Below, in pieces: positions 47,419 through 56,223 of a stretch of 64,000 bases of DNA. A model generated the notes under the pieces. That model saw only the letters and a list, made by a program, of their open reading frames with translations, was not told the origin of the DNA and searched no databases. The position numbers and the translations under genes were made by a program. The DNA is from an uncultured Candidatus Saccharibacteria bacterium (GTDB lineage: Bacteria > Patescibacteriota > Minisyncoccia > Phycocordibacterales > UBA2100): positions 1,953 to 65,952 of the forward strand of contig CAZZHR010000001.1 in the NCBI GenBank assembly GCA_964654205.1. The letters run 5' to 3'. Numbering within the stretch: position 1 is the stretch's first letter; every line of letters starts with the position of its first letter.

Positions 47419-47427
47419 GCCATTCGC

Positions 47428-47937
47428 TCAGTTCATTGATGACTTCGCGAGTGCACCCACATAGGCATTCTCGATTGCTTTGCGGAAGTTTTCCGCCCGC
47501 GCTTCATCGCGGATCGACAGCGCCTCGGACACCAGGCTCATTCGCATCGCGTCCACCTTGTACGAGAGTGCCGTCCAGACGTCCTCTGGAAAGTCGCCTC
47601 CAGTAATCGTATGGAGGAAAAGAGCGACAGGTTTCCGACGGCGCGCCATCGCAATCACGACGCCGGGTAGAGCTTTTTGCTCCGCCCCGTTAATGGTTAG
47701 CAGCAGCCGTCTGGGTGCGAGGTAGATGCACCACTCGTCCCGATACTCGAGAGCGGCTTCGAAAGCAGCACGTGCCCCCTCTTCGAGAGACGGAGGAACC
47801 GCAAAATTGTGCTTCGGCTCGACGACGCACTCGATGCCCACACGGCTTACGTCGAGGGTGCGTATCAGGCTCTCGACGAGTTTCGTGCCCGACCGGTCTT
47901 GCTTTAGTAATTCGACGACAACTCGTGCTTGTGACAT
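47428..47937 (-). CDS. hypothetical protein (~169 aa)
   Basis: Internal ATG with GGAGG Shine-Dalgarno 7 nt upstream (MSQARVVVELLKQDR...). Family not recognised. Confidence 0.45.
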   Translation of the reverse strand: MSQARVVVELLKQDRSGTKLVESLIRTLDVSRVGIECVVEPKHNFAVPPSLEEGARAAFEAALEYRDEWCIYLAPRRLLLTINGAEQKALPGVVIAMARRRKPVALFLHTITGGDFPEDVWTALSYKVDAMRMSLVSEALSIRDEARAENFRKAIENAYVGALAKSSMN

Positions 47938-48034
47938 GCTCCTGCCTCCACAGACTCCCAGAAACAATACTGCCGAAAAAAGAGAAAAGCCGCAATCCGT
48001 CGGCTGACGGAGCGGCTTTTTTCGGAAAGAGATT

Positions 48035-49564
48035 CTATTTGGCGTATTCAATCACCCGGGTCTCGCGGATGACTGAGACCTTGATTTCACCTGGGTACTG
48101 AAGCTCCTTTTCTATCTTGTCCGCGATATCGCGTGCGAGCTTACGGGCTGCGAGATCGTCGAGCGCCTCGGGCTTTACGATGACGCGCAGCTCTCTGCCA
48201 GCGGAGATCGCGAAGCTCCTATCGACGCCGGGCTCGTTGTTGGCTATTGCTTCGAGTTCTTCAAGGCGCTTGATGTAATTTTCCACCGAGTCGCGGCGAG
48301 CGCCCGGGCGGCCGCCGGAAATCGCGTCGGCGACCTGGACTATCATGCTCTCTGGCGTCTCGTACGGGTACTCTTCGTGGTGCGCCTGCATCGCTTTCAC
48401 GACAGCTTCGTCGATGCCGAACTTCTGCAAGATGCGGCGGCCAATCTCGACGTGTGTGCCGGGCACCTCATGGTCGACTGCTTTGCCGATGTCGTGGAAG
48501 AGCGCACCGGCACGCGCCACTGCGACGTCGGCACCGAGTTCTTCGGCGAGCATGCCGGCGAGGTGCGCGACCTCTACCGAGTGATCCAGTACATTCTGTC
48601 CGTATGAAGTGCGGAAATAGAGGCGACCGAGGATCATGATGAGCTTCGGGTCGAGGTTGGGGACTTTCGCCTCGTACGCGGCCTCCGCGCCCTTCTTCTT
48701 GATGATGTTGTTGATCTCTTGTTCCGCCTTCTGCACGGCCTCTTCTATTTTGGCCGGCTGGATGCGGCCGTCGAGAATGAGGTTCTCGAGCGCGATGCGC
48801 GCTATCTGGCGGCGAATCGGGTCATAGCTCGAGAGCGTGAGGGTGCCTGGCGTGTCGTCGATGATGACGTCGACACCCGTCGCCCGTTCAAATGAGCGGA
48901 TATTGCGGCCTTCCTTGCCGATTATCTTGCCTTTTATCTCGTCGTTCGGCAGGCTGATTGTCGTTGCGAGCACGTCGGAGACGACGCTGTTGCCGAGGCG
49001 GTGCACGGCTGTCGTGAGGATCTCGTTGGCTCGCTGCTCGAGCCTCTCATTGCTCGCGATTTCGAGTTTGCGCATCCTGTTCTCAAGGTCGGTGGAGTAC
49101 TGTTTTTCTACGGATTCGAGAAGATCCTTCTTTGCTTCGTCGGCGGTGAGTCCGGCGACCTTCTCAAGCTTCTCCTGTTGCTCAGCGATAAGCTTTTCCG
49201 ACTCTTCACGAGCGGCCTGAAGCTCCTCCATCTTCTTGTTGATATTTTCCTGCTCCGAATCTATCGCCCCTTGCCGTTTGTCGAGAAGCTCTTCCTTGCG
49301 CACGAGTCGCTCTTCAGTCGCCCTGAGGTCACGCTCTCTCGATTTGTACTCGGTCGTGAGCTGGTCGACCTTCTCCTGGCCTTTCCTCTCCGCATCCTCG
49401 ATAACTTTCTTCGCACGCTCTTCTGCATCGAGCATCATCTTGCGAATCTGGAGCTCCATCGAGCCTTTTTTGCCCAGGGAGATGATGTAACGCAGGAAAT
49501 ATCCCACGCCAATACCGACTACGCCTGCGATGGCGAGAAGGATGAATACGAATTGTAATGACAT
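48035..49564 (-). CDS. rny: ribonuclease Y
   Basis: N-terminal TM, coiled coil, KH domain (IGKEGRNIRSFERATGVDVII), HD domain (FHDIGKAVDHE); 509 aa. Confidence 0.9.
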   Translation of the reverse strand: MSLQFVFILLAIAGVVGIGVGYFLRYIISLGKKGSMELQIRKMMLDAEERAKKVIEDAERKGQEKVDQLTTEYKSRERDLRATEERLVRKEELLDKRQGAIDSEQENINKKMEELQAAREESEKLIAEQQEKLEKVAGLTADEAKKDLLESVEKQYSTDLENRMRKLEIASNERLEQRANEILTTAVHRLGNSVVSDVLATTISLPNDEIKGKIIGKEGRNIRSFERATGVDVIIDDTPGTLTLSSYDPIRRQIARIALENLILDGRIQPAKIEEAVQKAEQEINNIIKKKGAEAAYEAKVPNLDPKLIMILGRLYFRTSYGQNVLDHSVEVAHLAGMLAEELGADVAVARAGALFHDIGKAVDHEVPGTHVEIGRRILQKFGIDEAVVKAMQAHHEEYPYETPESMIVQVADAISGGRPGARRDSVENYIKRLEELEAIANNEPGVDRSFAISAGRELRVIVKPEALDDLAARKLARDIADKIEKELQYPGEIKVSVIRETRVIEYAK

Positions 49565-49791
49565 ACGCGTCGTGAGACGCGCATCTTTTTACGCTCGGGA
49601 AAGTCTAGAAAATGGCTTAACTGCGCTGATTCTGACAAGTTCCATACGCATATTCGGATGCGCGTTTGTGTTGAATTGCATAAATACTAAGGTGTAGGTG
49701 CACTATATCACCAGCTGAGGTGGTAGGGAATAGGTGATAGGTTGTAGATATGAGAGGGTCAAACTATTCCCTATAACCTACTCCCTACAAC

Positions 49792-50364
49792 CTAGTTCAG
49801 GACTTTGTCGATGATGCCGTACTTGACGGACTCTTCTGCATCCATGAAGAAGTCGCGGTCCACATCTTTCTCGATACGGTCGAGCTTCTGGCCGGTGTTC
49901 TTGGCGAGGATTTTGTTGAGGCGCTCGCGCATCTTGAGGATTTGCTTGGCCGTGATTTCGATGTCCGCCGCCTGACCCTCCGCGCCGCCGTGTGGCTGGT
50001 GAATCATGACTTCGGCATTGGGAAGCGCGAAGCGCTTGCCCTTTTCGCCGGCAGAGAGCAGGACCGCGGCCATAGAGGCCGCCATACCGACGCACACCGT
50101 CGATACATTGGGCTGGATGTGGTTCATAGTGTCGAGTATCGCGAAGCCGGCTGAGACCTGCCCGCCGGGGGAGTTGATGTAGAAGGAGATGTCCTTCTTC
50201 GGGTCTTCGGATGCGAGGAAGAGGAACTGTGCGACCACGAGGTTGGCCACATCGCCGTCTATCGGACCGCCGAGGAAGACGATGCGCTCTTTGAGGAGGC
50301 GTGAGTAAATATCGTATGCGCGCTCGCCCATGGAAGTCTTCTCGACAACCATCGGCACGAGCAT
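49792..50364 (-). CDS. clpP: ATP-dependent Clp protease proteolytic subunit
   Basis: From the internal [53 protein letters not shown]...INSPGG aligns colinearly with ClpP; catalytic Ser context GMAASMAA, His in MIHQPHGG. Confidence 0.85.
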   Translation of the reverse strand: MLVPMVVEKTSMGERAYDIYSRLLKERIVFLGGPIDGDVANLVVAQFLFLASEDPKKDISFYINSPGGQVSAGFAILDTMNHIQPNVSTVCVGMAASMAAVLLSAGEKGKRFALPNAEVMIHQPHGGAEGQAADIEITAKQILKMRERLNKILAKNTGQKLDRIEKDVDRDFFMDAEESVKYGIIDKVLN

Positions 50365-50603
50365 CTGCGCCCGAATGTCGAGCGAGGAAGTACTGAGGTC
50401 AGTAGACCGAACGTGGGCTTTGATGTCATTCATATTGAGTGGAGTGTACCCCATGGGATACCCACACTCAAGATTCCACCGACGCGCCGTATTTCCGAGT
50501 GGGTCTCGATTTCGCCATAAAATTCCGCGCTTCTATCCCACGGGGTGTAGCAAAGTCTTTCCGCTCCGCGCAAATCGGATAGCCGAGATGCTATTATTGC
50601 CGC

Positions 50604-51356
50604 ATGGAAAAAGAGCTGCAGGACCTCGGACTTTCGGAAAAAGAAGCGAAAGTGTATCTTGCCGCTCTTGAGATAGGCCGCGCTACTGCAGACCAGCTAT
50701 CGAAACACTCGAAGATCAAACGCCCGACCACGTACGTGCAGCTGGAGTCGCTGATGAAAATGGGGCTCATGAGTACGTACGAGGAAGACCACAAGACGTA
50801 CTTCGCGCCAGAATCCCCCGAGCTTCTCAAGCGCCTGCTCGCCCGTCAACAAGAATCGCTCCGTACAAAAGAGTCCGAACTCACGGCGCTTCTGCCCGAA
50901 CTCCTGCGTCAGTACGAAAGCGCTGGCGAGCGTCCTGTCGTACGATTTTTCCCGGGGAAGGAAGGAATAAAATTAGCTAGGGAAGAATTGTTGACCACCA
51001 AGGACAAAAGTATAGATGCTGTTTTTTCGTACGAACATCTGCTCAATATTTATACGGAGCAGGAGCTTGATGAGTACTCACACAAGCGTAAGGGGTTGGG
51101 GATTCACTCCCGTGCAATCTATATGAATAAGGAGTTCTTTTCGAGAGCGGAGTTGGATTCGCTTACTGAGCGGAAATTTATCCCTCCGCAACTATTATCA
51201 CTCAACATCCACATTCACGTGTGTGATACGAGGACGACCCTATTCCCAATGGAGGGGTCACTATTTGCAATCATTATCGATAGCGCACAAATCGCGTCAG
51301 GTGTTAAAGCAATATTCAATTATCTTTGGATGAACGCGTCTGCAGGGCAAAAATAA
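50604..51356 (+). CDS. TrmB-family transcriptional regulator
   Basis: N-terminal winged HTH LGLSEKEAKVYLAALEIGRATADQLSKHSKIKRPTTYVQLESLMKMGL typical of TrmB; 250 aa. Confidence 0.7.
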   Translation: MEKELQDLGLSEKEAKVYLAALEIGRATADQLSKHSKIKRPTTYVQLESLMKMGLMSTYEEDHKTYFAPESPELLKRLLARQQESLRTKESELTALLPELLRQYESAGERPVVRFFPGKEGIKLAREELLTTKDKSIDAVFSYEHLLNIYTEQELDEYSHKRKGLGIHSRAIYMNKEFFSRAELDSLTERKFIPPQLLSLNIHIHVCDTRTTLFPMEGSLFAIIIDSAQIASGVKAIFNYLWMNASAGQK

Positions 51357-51358
51357 AA

Positions 51359-51396
51359 CCGGGGGCGATGGTGCCGCCCCCGGCAGTCGTTGTTTG
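51359..51396 (+). terminator. hairpin terminator after the TrmB-like gene (could act bidirectionally)
   Basis: CCGGGGGCG-atggtg-CCGCCCCCGG followed by CAGTCGTTGTTTG; 2 nt after the stop codon. Confidence 0.5.
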
Positions 51397-52548
51397 ACCT
51401 GAAGTGGTCCAGAGACCCTCCAGGTGTCAGCACGAGGGTTCGGCTGACTTTCCAATCAAGCACGAATTGCCCTTTGGTCGTCTCGACCAGCTAGCAACCG
51501 TCGCCTTTGAGCAGCCTCCGCATGGAGGTCCTCCGTGAAGTATGCCCCAAAGAACGGGTAGGGCAGGGGCGTTTGAGCCCTAACCCGAGTGGGAAAGCGG
51601 ACGCTTCCCCATCTGTCGAGATACTAGCATAGTCAAAATGATTCGTCAAGACAATTTCGTGCAGGAGCCGAATCATGTCAAATTCATTTGTCAGTATATA
51701 GCAGTGAAATGGCTCTAATTAACGGCCTTTTCTAATGTGGATGGTTGATATGTCAGAAACACTTGACAAAATAGAAACGGCAGTATAGACTCGCGTTGTC
51801 AGCTTCGGTTGACTTGTTCTGCGAAGCTTTATGCGAAGCAGAACGCCCGCTTTAAGGAGCCTGTCTGCCGGATGGCAGAGCCCGCAAGGAGAAGCGGTCG
51901 TTGAAAACTAAATAGAGAACAATTCGAATCTTGAACGTCTGGCGGCATGGAATGGCCGACAGACGCTAGAAACCGGCGAGCGTGTCCTGCGCCTCCCCCC
52001 TGAAGAGCAATCTTTCGGGGGGCGGGCGCAGGGCGCACTCGCGATTCCTTGCCCGCGCATCAGTGCGACTTCGCTACCAATAGAAGGCACACATTCGCCA
52101 ACATTTTTCGTACGCGAAGCTTTCTCACGGTGCGTGGCAAAGGGATCCCCTTCGGGGTCCTTGTGGGTTGCCATCGACAACCTTCTCACCGCTCCAGGCG
52201 GCATTGGAGAGAAGAAACAGTAGGGCGCGCGGCATACGCTGCGTGTGTACGCTGTTTTCGAGAATCCTGGTGTGACCATGACGGTTGCATTGGGTGCGGA
52301 ATGGAGCTCCGTGCGTGCTAGTGGGCGACGGCCCGGCATGCAAAGGGGGACGGCGGGCTGCGCAGCTTGTCGTCACAACCCCAGCTCCTGCAATTCCGGT
52401 GCGGCTCATGAGAATGGGTCTGGCGCACCGATGAGGGCGGCTGGCGCGCGAAAGCGCGACGCCGCCCGACCAATGTTCTTCGTTTGTGAATGGCGGTGTA
52501 TGTCGCGCGACCGCGAAAACGGTGCGACACCACAACAAGGGAGGTTCC

Positions 52549-52680
52549 ATGAAGGAACTCTTCAAGGCCCTTCGGGGTGCCCGCATCATTGCGGAGGGTG
52601 TGGAGGGTGGTCGCAAGATCATTCACTACCTCCTCACCGATGGGCGGGTGGTCGAAATCGTCAGCACGCTGGCGAAGTAG
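52549..52680 (+). CDS. tiny ORF (43 aa) with strong Shine-Dalgarno site
   Basis: AAGGGAGG + 4 nt + ATG; MKELFKALRGARIIAEGVEGGRKIIHYLLTDGRVVEIVSTLAK. Nested in a longer GTG-start ORF-track entry. Confidence 0.4.
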   Translation: MKELFKALRGARIIAEGVEGGRKIIHYLLTDGRVVEIVSTLAK

Positions 52681-53097
52681 ACCGCAACAAATCCTACAGC
52701 TATGCCTCGCGGCTGAGAGTGCGGGGAAGTCGACACAAATGTCGGCGGATGTGGAGGGTCACCCATGGCCTACTACATTGTTGCCGGTGTCGTCTACCGG
52801 TCTTTAAAAGACGCACAGCAGGCTCAGCGCTCGAAGTAGCGCGGCTCTGTGTCACCGCCCTGAAAACCAGCGCAAGCTGAACAAGGGGTTGCCGGTTTGA
52901 GCGATGTGCGACGGCGGCGAGCCGAAAGAGCGCACGCGAAGGTCTCCGGCGTAAAAGCATGGCCGAGTGGTACTCGCTAAAAACCCGAGGCCGGGGGGAC
53001 TCGACCATCCTCCTCTTTCTTGAGCCCGCGATTCGCCCGCCGGCGAAGTCGCGGGTTCATAAAGTTCTCACAACCTTCACAACCCAGGGAGATGGAC

Positions 53098-53295
53098 ATG
53101 AAGGATTACGTTCTGGGCTTTGCGGTCGCGTGTGTGCTGTTCCTCGGGTACGAGGTGTACGAGGCGAAGCGGGTGCAAACCCCGCAGACCGGGTACTCCT
53201 ACCTCGAGGGGTGGCTGGACTACGGATCGGAGACCGACTTCTCCGACTTCGGGTACGACTTTTACGTAGACGTACCCGACGAAATCCCGACGTAA
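53098..53295 (+). CDS. small membrane protein (~65 aa) with acidic/aromatic C-terminus
   Basis: AGGGAG + 7 nt + ATG; one TM (VLGFAVACVLFLGY) then a D/E/Y/F-rich tail. The ATG at 53092 lies too close to the Shine-Dalgarno site. Confidence 0.45.
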   Translation: MKDYVLGFAVACVLFLGYEVYEAKRVQTPQTGYSYLEGWLDYGSETDFSDFGYDFYVDVPDEIPT

Positions 53296-53317
53296 CCGCA
53301 GGGCGACGGACTTCGCC

Positions 53318-53363
53318 CACTCATTTCAGCTCGCGAATGGTCGTGGGTCGATAGAGATAGGAG
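53318..53363 (+). repeat. direct repeat copy 1 (~40-46 bp) containing a Shine-Dalgarno-like GGAG
   Basis: TTTCAGCTCGCGAATGGTCGTGGGTCGATAGAGATAGGAG; 37/40 identical to copy 2 at 54279-54318. Confidence 0.7.
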
Positions 53364-53454
53364 ATGCCCGATAAAAATTCTCAACCTCACCCAACATGCT
53401 GCGACTGCCGACCAGGCGGCGGCCGGTGTCTACGAGCCCACCGATAAAAAGCTC

Positions 53455-53829
53455 GTGCAGGCGCTCATTACGTTTGATGAGTTGCCGAGTGCTGACCTCA
53501 TCCGTCAGCGCGCCGAGGAGCTTGCTCGGTTCGCAAAAGCGACCGATGCTGAGGCCGTCATGGTTGGCGGCGCGCCCTTCTTCATGGCGCCCCTTGAGGC
53601 CGCACTGCGTGCGGTGAACATCATTCCGGTCTATGCATTCTCCAAGCGCGAAAGCGTGGAAGAGAAGCAGCCGGACGGGTCGGTCAAAAAGACCCAGGTG
53701 TTCAAACACGCAGGGTTCGTGCCCGCTTGCGATTGCGGCGGTGCGACCGGTTCTTTCCCGAGCGAAGAACTCGGGACTCTTTTTCAGGACATCGTTGGAG
53801 TCGGACAGACGTCCGGCGCGGTGTGCTGA
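53455..53829 (+). CDS. hypothetical protein; N-terminus unresolved (frame opens at 53296; an ATA at 53371 follows a Shine-Dalgarno site)
   Basis: Protein-like composition extends upstream of the GTG at 53455 back to ...KILNLTQHAATADQAAAGVYEPTDKK... without any ATG/GTG/TTG. AGGAG at 53359-53363 with ATA 7 nt downstream. Confidence 0.35.
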   Translation: MQALITFDELPSADLIRQRAEELARFAKATDAEAVMVGGAPFFMAPLEAALRAVNIIPVYAFSKRESVEEKQPDGSVKKTQVFKHAGFVPACDCGGATGSFPSEELGTLFQDIVGVGQTSGAVC

Positions 53830-53841
53830 TAGGAGGGAAGC

Positions 53842-54138
53842 ATGGACGATCGAATGATTGCCGAAATCTACTGCCTGCAAGAGGGCGGTACCGTGTACGC
53901 GCGCGTCGGATGGGACGATGCCGTGGAAACATGCAGCCAAGTAATTCGGAGTTCGGTCCACTGGACGCGCGACGAAAAGTCCCCGCGCGAGCGCAATTTC
54001 CGGTGTGACGTCTCGGCTCTCTGGGTCAAAAAATATGCGGACAGGAAAGTCCCGCCAAAGGGTGCCGAACGCATGTTCGCGTTCGTGACGGTCGACAAAG
54101 TCACGGGCAAAATCAGAACATTGGAGGTGATGAGATGA
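53842..54138 (+). CDS. hypothetical protein (98 aa)
   Basis: TAGGAGGG Shine-Dalgarno + 5 nt + ATG; stop overlaps the next start (ATGA), indicating translational coupling. Confidence 0.45.
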   Translation: MDDRMIAEIYCLQEGGTVYARVGWDDAVETCSQVIRSSVHWTRDEKSPRERNFRCDVSALWVKKYADRKVPPKGAERMFAFVTVDKVTGKIRTLEVMR

Positions 54139-54551
54139 GAATCGAAATCGTGGCCCCGAAGCGCCGCAGCGATGCGGCGCGCGTTCTCGCCGATCGACGG
54201 TATCACCACCGCGTCGCGCGCAACAAGAAGACGTACTCCCGCAAAGGGAGAATCTCCTCGAAGAAATTCGAGGACTCTTTTCAGCTCGCGAATGGTCGTG
54301 GGTTGATAGAGATGGAGGCGTGTCATACGCACCGCATTCGGACTGTTCCTTATCGCCCTCTGGGCGTTCTACGCGGAATACATGGTCGACATGTATCCGC
54401 GCTACGCAGCGTCGCCGTACGGCTGGCCTTCGCTGGTCTTGTGGTGGGCCAACTTCGTCGGCGTCACCGGCGGATGCCTTTACGCCTCGTACATCTTTCT
54501 TCGCCCCCGGTCACACCGGGGGTGATTTTTTATGGCACAGATAATGTTTGA
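54135..54551 (+). CDS. hypothetical basic protein; C-terminal extent doubtful
   Basis: GGAGGTGA + 4 nt + ATG. The N-half (MRIEIVAPKRRSDAARVLADRRYHHRVARNKKTYSRKGR...) is protein-like; after the direct repeat the frame reads as low-quality sequence while a membrane-protein-like frame (+1) opens. Confidence 0.3.
   Translation: MRIEIVAPKRRSDAARVLADRRYHHRVARNKKTYSRKGRISSKKFEDSFQLANGRGLIEMEACHTHRIRTVPYRPLGVLRGIHGRHVSALRSVAVRLAFAGLVVGQLRRRHRRMPLRLVHLSSPPVTPGVIFYGTDNV
54273..54318 (+). repeat. direct repeat copy 2
   Basis: TTTCAGCTCGCGAATGGTCGTGGGTTGATAGAGATGGAGG; 955 bp downstream of copy 1. Confidence 0.7.
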
Positions 54552-54609
54552 AAAGAAAACGCGGCTGGTCGGGAGACCAGCCGCGTGAAGCGTCGAGAAC
54601 ATGAGAACT

Positions 54610-55710
54610 TTAAGCGCGCTTTTTGGCGTCTTCGCGCGCCTGCCTACGGCGAATCATGAGGAGTGCCCAGTGCCCCGCTCGATACGTGTATCGGAGCGGG
54701 TACGTGACATACCGAACGATGCGCCAGAGGATTTCAAGGACGACCATGACAGGCCACGCGACAATCATCGCGAGAACGAGCACGCCGACCCATCCCCACA
54801 TACCGATTTGTTCTGCGACCCACGCCGCGCCCGAGAGCACGAAGAGGGGGTCGTAGACGAGCATCGCGAGTGTCGCGAACGCGCCTGCGGTAAGCGTGAT
54901 TTTGCCCACCGTGTGCACGGTGCTCGTGGCCGCCTTGACCTTGGTCCACAGTGCCACGCCCTTGGTAGCCTTCGCAACTTTGAGCGAGCGAGTGATAAGG
55001 CTCGTCGCCCCGAAGACGATGATGCCCACATCGAGTGTCGCGTGTGCAACTTCGCCCCACGTCGGTCGCTCGCCGCGCACGATGCGCTCCTCGAGGTCGG
55101 TGATGCCACCCGTGAAGAGTCGGATGCCGACGCCGAGGGAACTGCGAATCGGATTGCGACGCATCACGCCGTCAACAAGCTCGAAGCGTGCGAGGAGTTC
55201 GTGCCCCAAGCGCTTGAGTTCTTTGATGGCGATGACTCCGTACTCATCTTTCGTGAGTGCCGGAACTCCTGGCTTGCCGCGCAGTCTCTCCATGATGCTC
55301 TGAAACCCGGCATACATGTCGAATGCGGCGGAGCCGTTGGTGCGGTAGTACTCGATGAGCGGAAGTGCCTCGTGCGGATGTTGCGCGAGAACCTCGTGGA
55401 ACTCTTTCATGTCGCCGTAGGCTCTGAAGAGTTCCGCGGCGATTTTCGGGTACCGTTTCGCCGCGAGGTAAGACTCCAGGCCGAACGTGCTGCAGATCGA
55501 GAGTGTGTCCGGAGCTACCGCACGCTTGGCCTCGGGCGCGAGAGGGCAGTGGTCGGCGGTATTACCAGCAAGTGCGGTCGTAATTGCCAGGAGCTCGAAG
55601 TCTTGCTTGCCACGCAGCTGCCAGAAAAATGTAGCTGCGAGGGCGATGATGAGCGCGTAGACGGAGACGCGTCCAAGCGTCTCGCCGGATACTTTCAAGC
55701 GCAGACGCAT
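54610..55710 (-). CDS. hypothetical polytopic membrane protein
   Basis: Several TM helices (YALIIALAATFFW..., GIIVFGATSLI..., GWVGVLVLAMIVAWPVMVVLEILW). Start set at the internal ATG (MRLRLKVSG...). Confidence 0.45.
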   Translation of the reverse strand: MRLRLKVSGETLGRVSVYALIIALAATFFWQLRGKQDFELLAITTALAGNTADHCPLAPEAKRAVAPDTLSICSTFGLESYLAAKRYPKIAAELFRAYGDMKEFHEVLAQHPHEALPLIEYYRTNGSAAFDMYAGFQSIMERLRGKPGVPALTKDEYGVIAIKELKRLGHELLARFELVDGVMRRNPIRSSLGVGIRLFTGGITDLEERIVRGERPTWGEVAHATLDVGIIVFGATSLITRSLKVAKATKGVALWTKVKAATSTVHTVGKITLTAGAFATLAMLVYDPLFVLSGAAWVAEQIGMWGWVGVLVLAMIVAWPVMVVLEILWRIVRYVTYPLRYTYRAGHWALLMIRRRQAREDAKKRA

Positions 55711-55891
55711 AGCGTCCTCCTTTTGCTGAATGTCGATGATCAACCGGCCTACCTTATGCAATATTTCTCTTAAAGAGTCAATGAACGGTCCTGCGAGTGT
55801 CATTTACTTTTCATCAGATTGTGCTATAATTGAAGGAGTGGTTGTTGCGTGTAGCGTTTGCGTCCCACAGAAACATCCAACAAAGGGACTC

Positions 55892-56167
55892 ATGATGAAT
55901 ATTGCAAGGCATGACATAGACTCCATGCTCGAGCGTGGTGCGGCGGAACTGCGCCGCCGCGTTCCCGATGCGTCGCGACTGACCGACAACGACTTTTTGC
56001 ATGTCGCGGACATGTTTGACCTCCCGCTCGACGAGCGGGTCACGAACTGTCCGGTTCGTCGCGTTCTCTTCGTGCGCGCTTACCGCGCAGAGGAGAACGT
56101 GGATTTCACGCTGCTTCACAGCTTGGTGTGGCAGCGCTACGAAATGCTTGGCGCACTGGCGGCGTGA
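55892..56167 (+). CDS. hypothetical protein (~91 aa)
   Basis: Internal ATG pair (MMNIARHDIDSMLERG...); the upstream part of the ORF-track model is overlapped by the divergent gene. Weak support. Confidence 0.3.
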   Translation: MMNIARHDIDSMLERGAAELRRRVPDASRLTDNDFLHVADMFDLPLDERVTNCPVRRVLFVRAYRAEENVDFTLLHSLVWQRYEMLGALAA

Positions 56168-56223
56168 CATCGTTCTTGTGGCGTAAGCGCGTAGGGGCTC
56201 CCAGCTGGGAGCCTTTTGCTTTT

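Noticed and set aside
51397-52548. RNase P RNA, tmRNA or SRP RNA in the long non-coding stretch
   Set aside because: I looked for GGAAAGUCCGG / ACAGAAxCCGGCUUA (RNase P P4), a tRNA-like 3' end with GGUUCGAnUCC (tmRNA) and GGAAGCAGCCAAGG (SRP RNA) on both strands and found none. It was left as an unassigned structured region.
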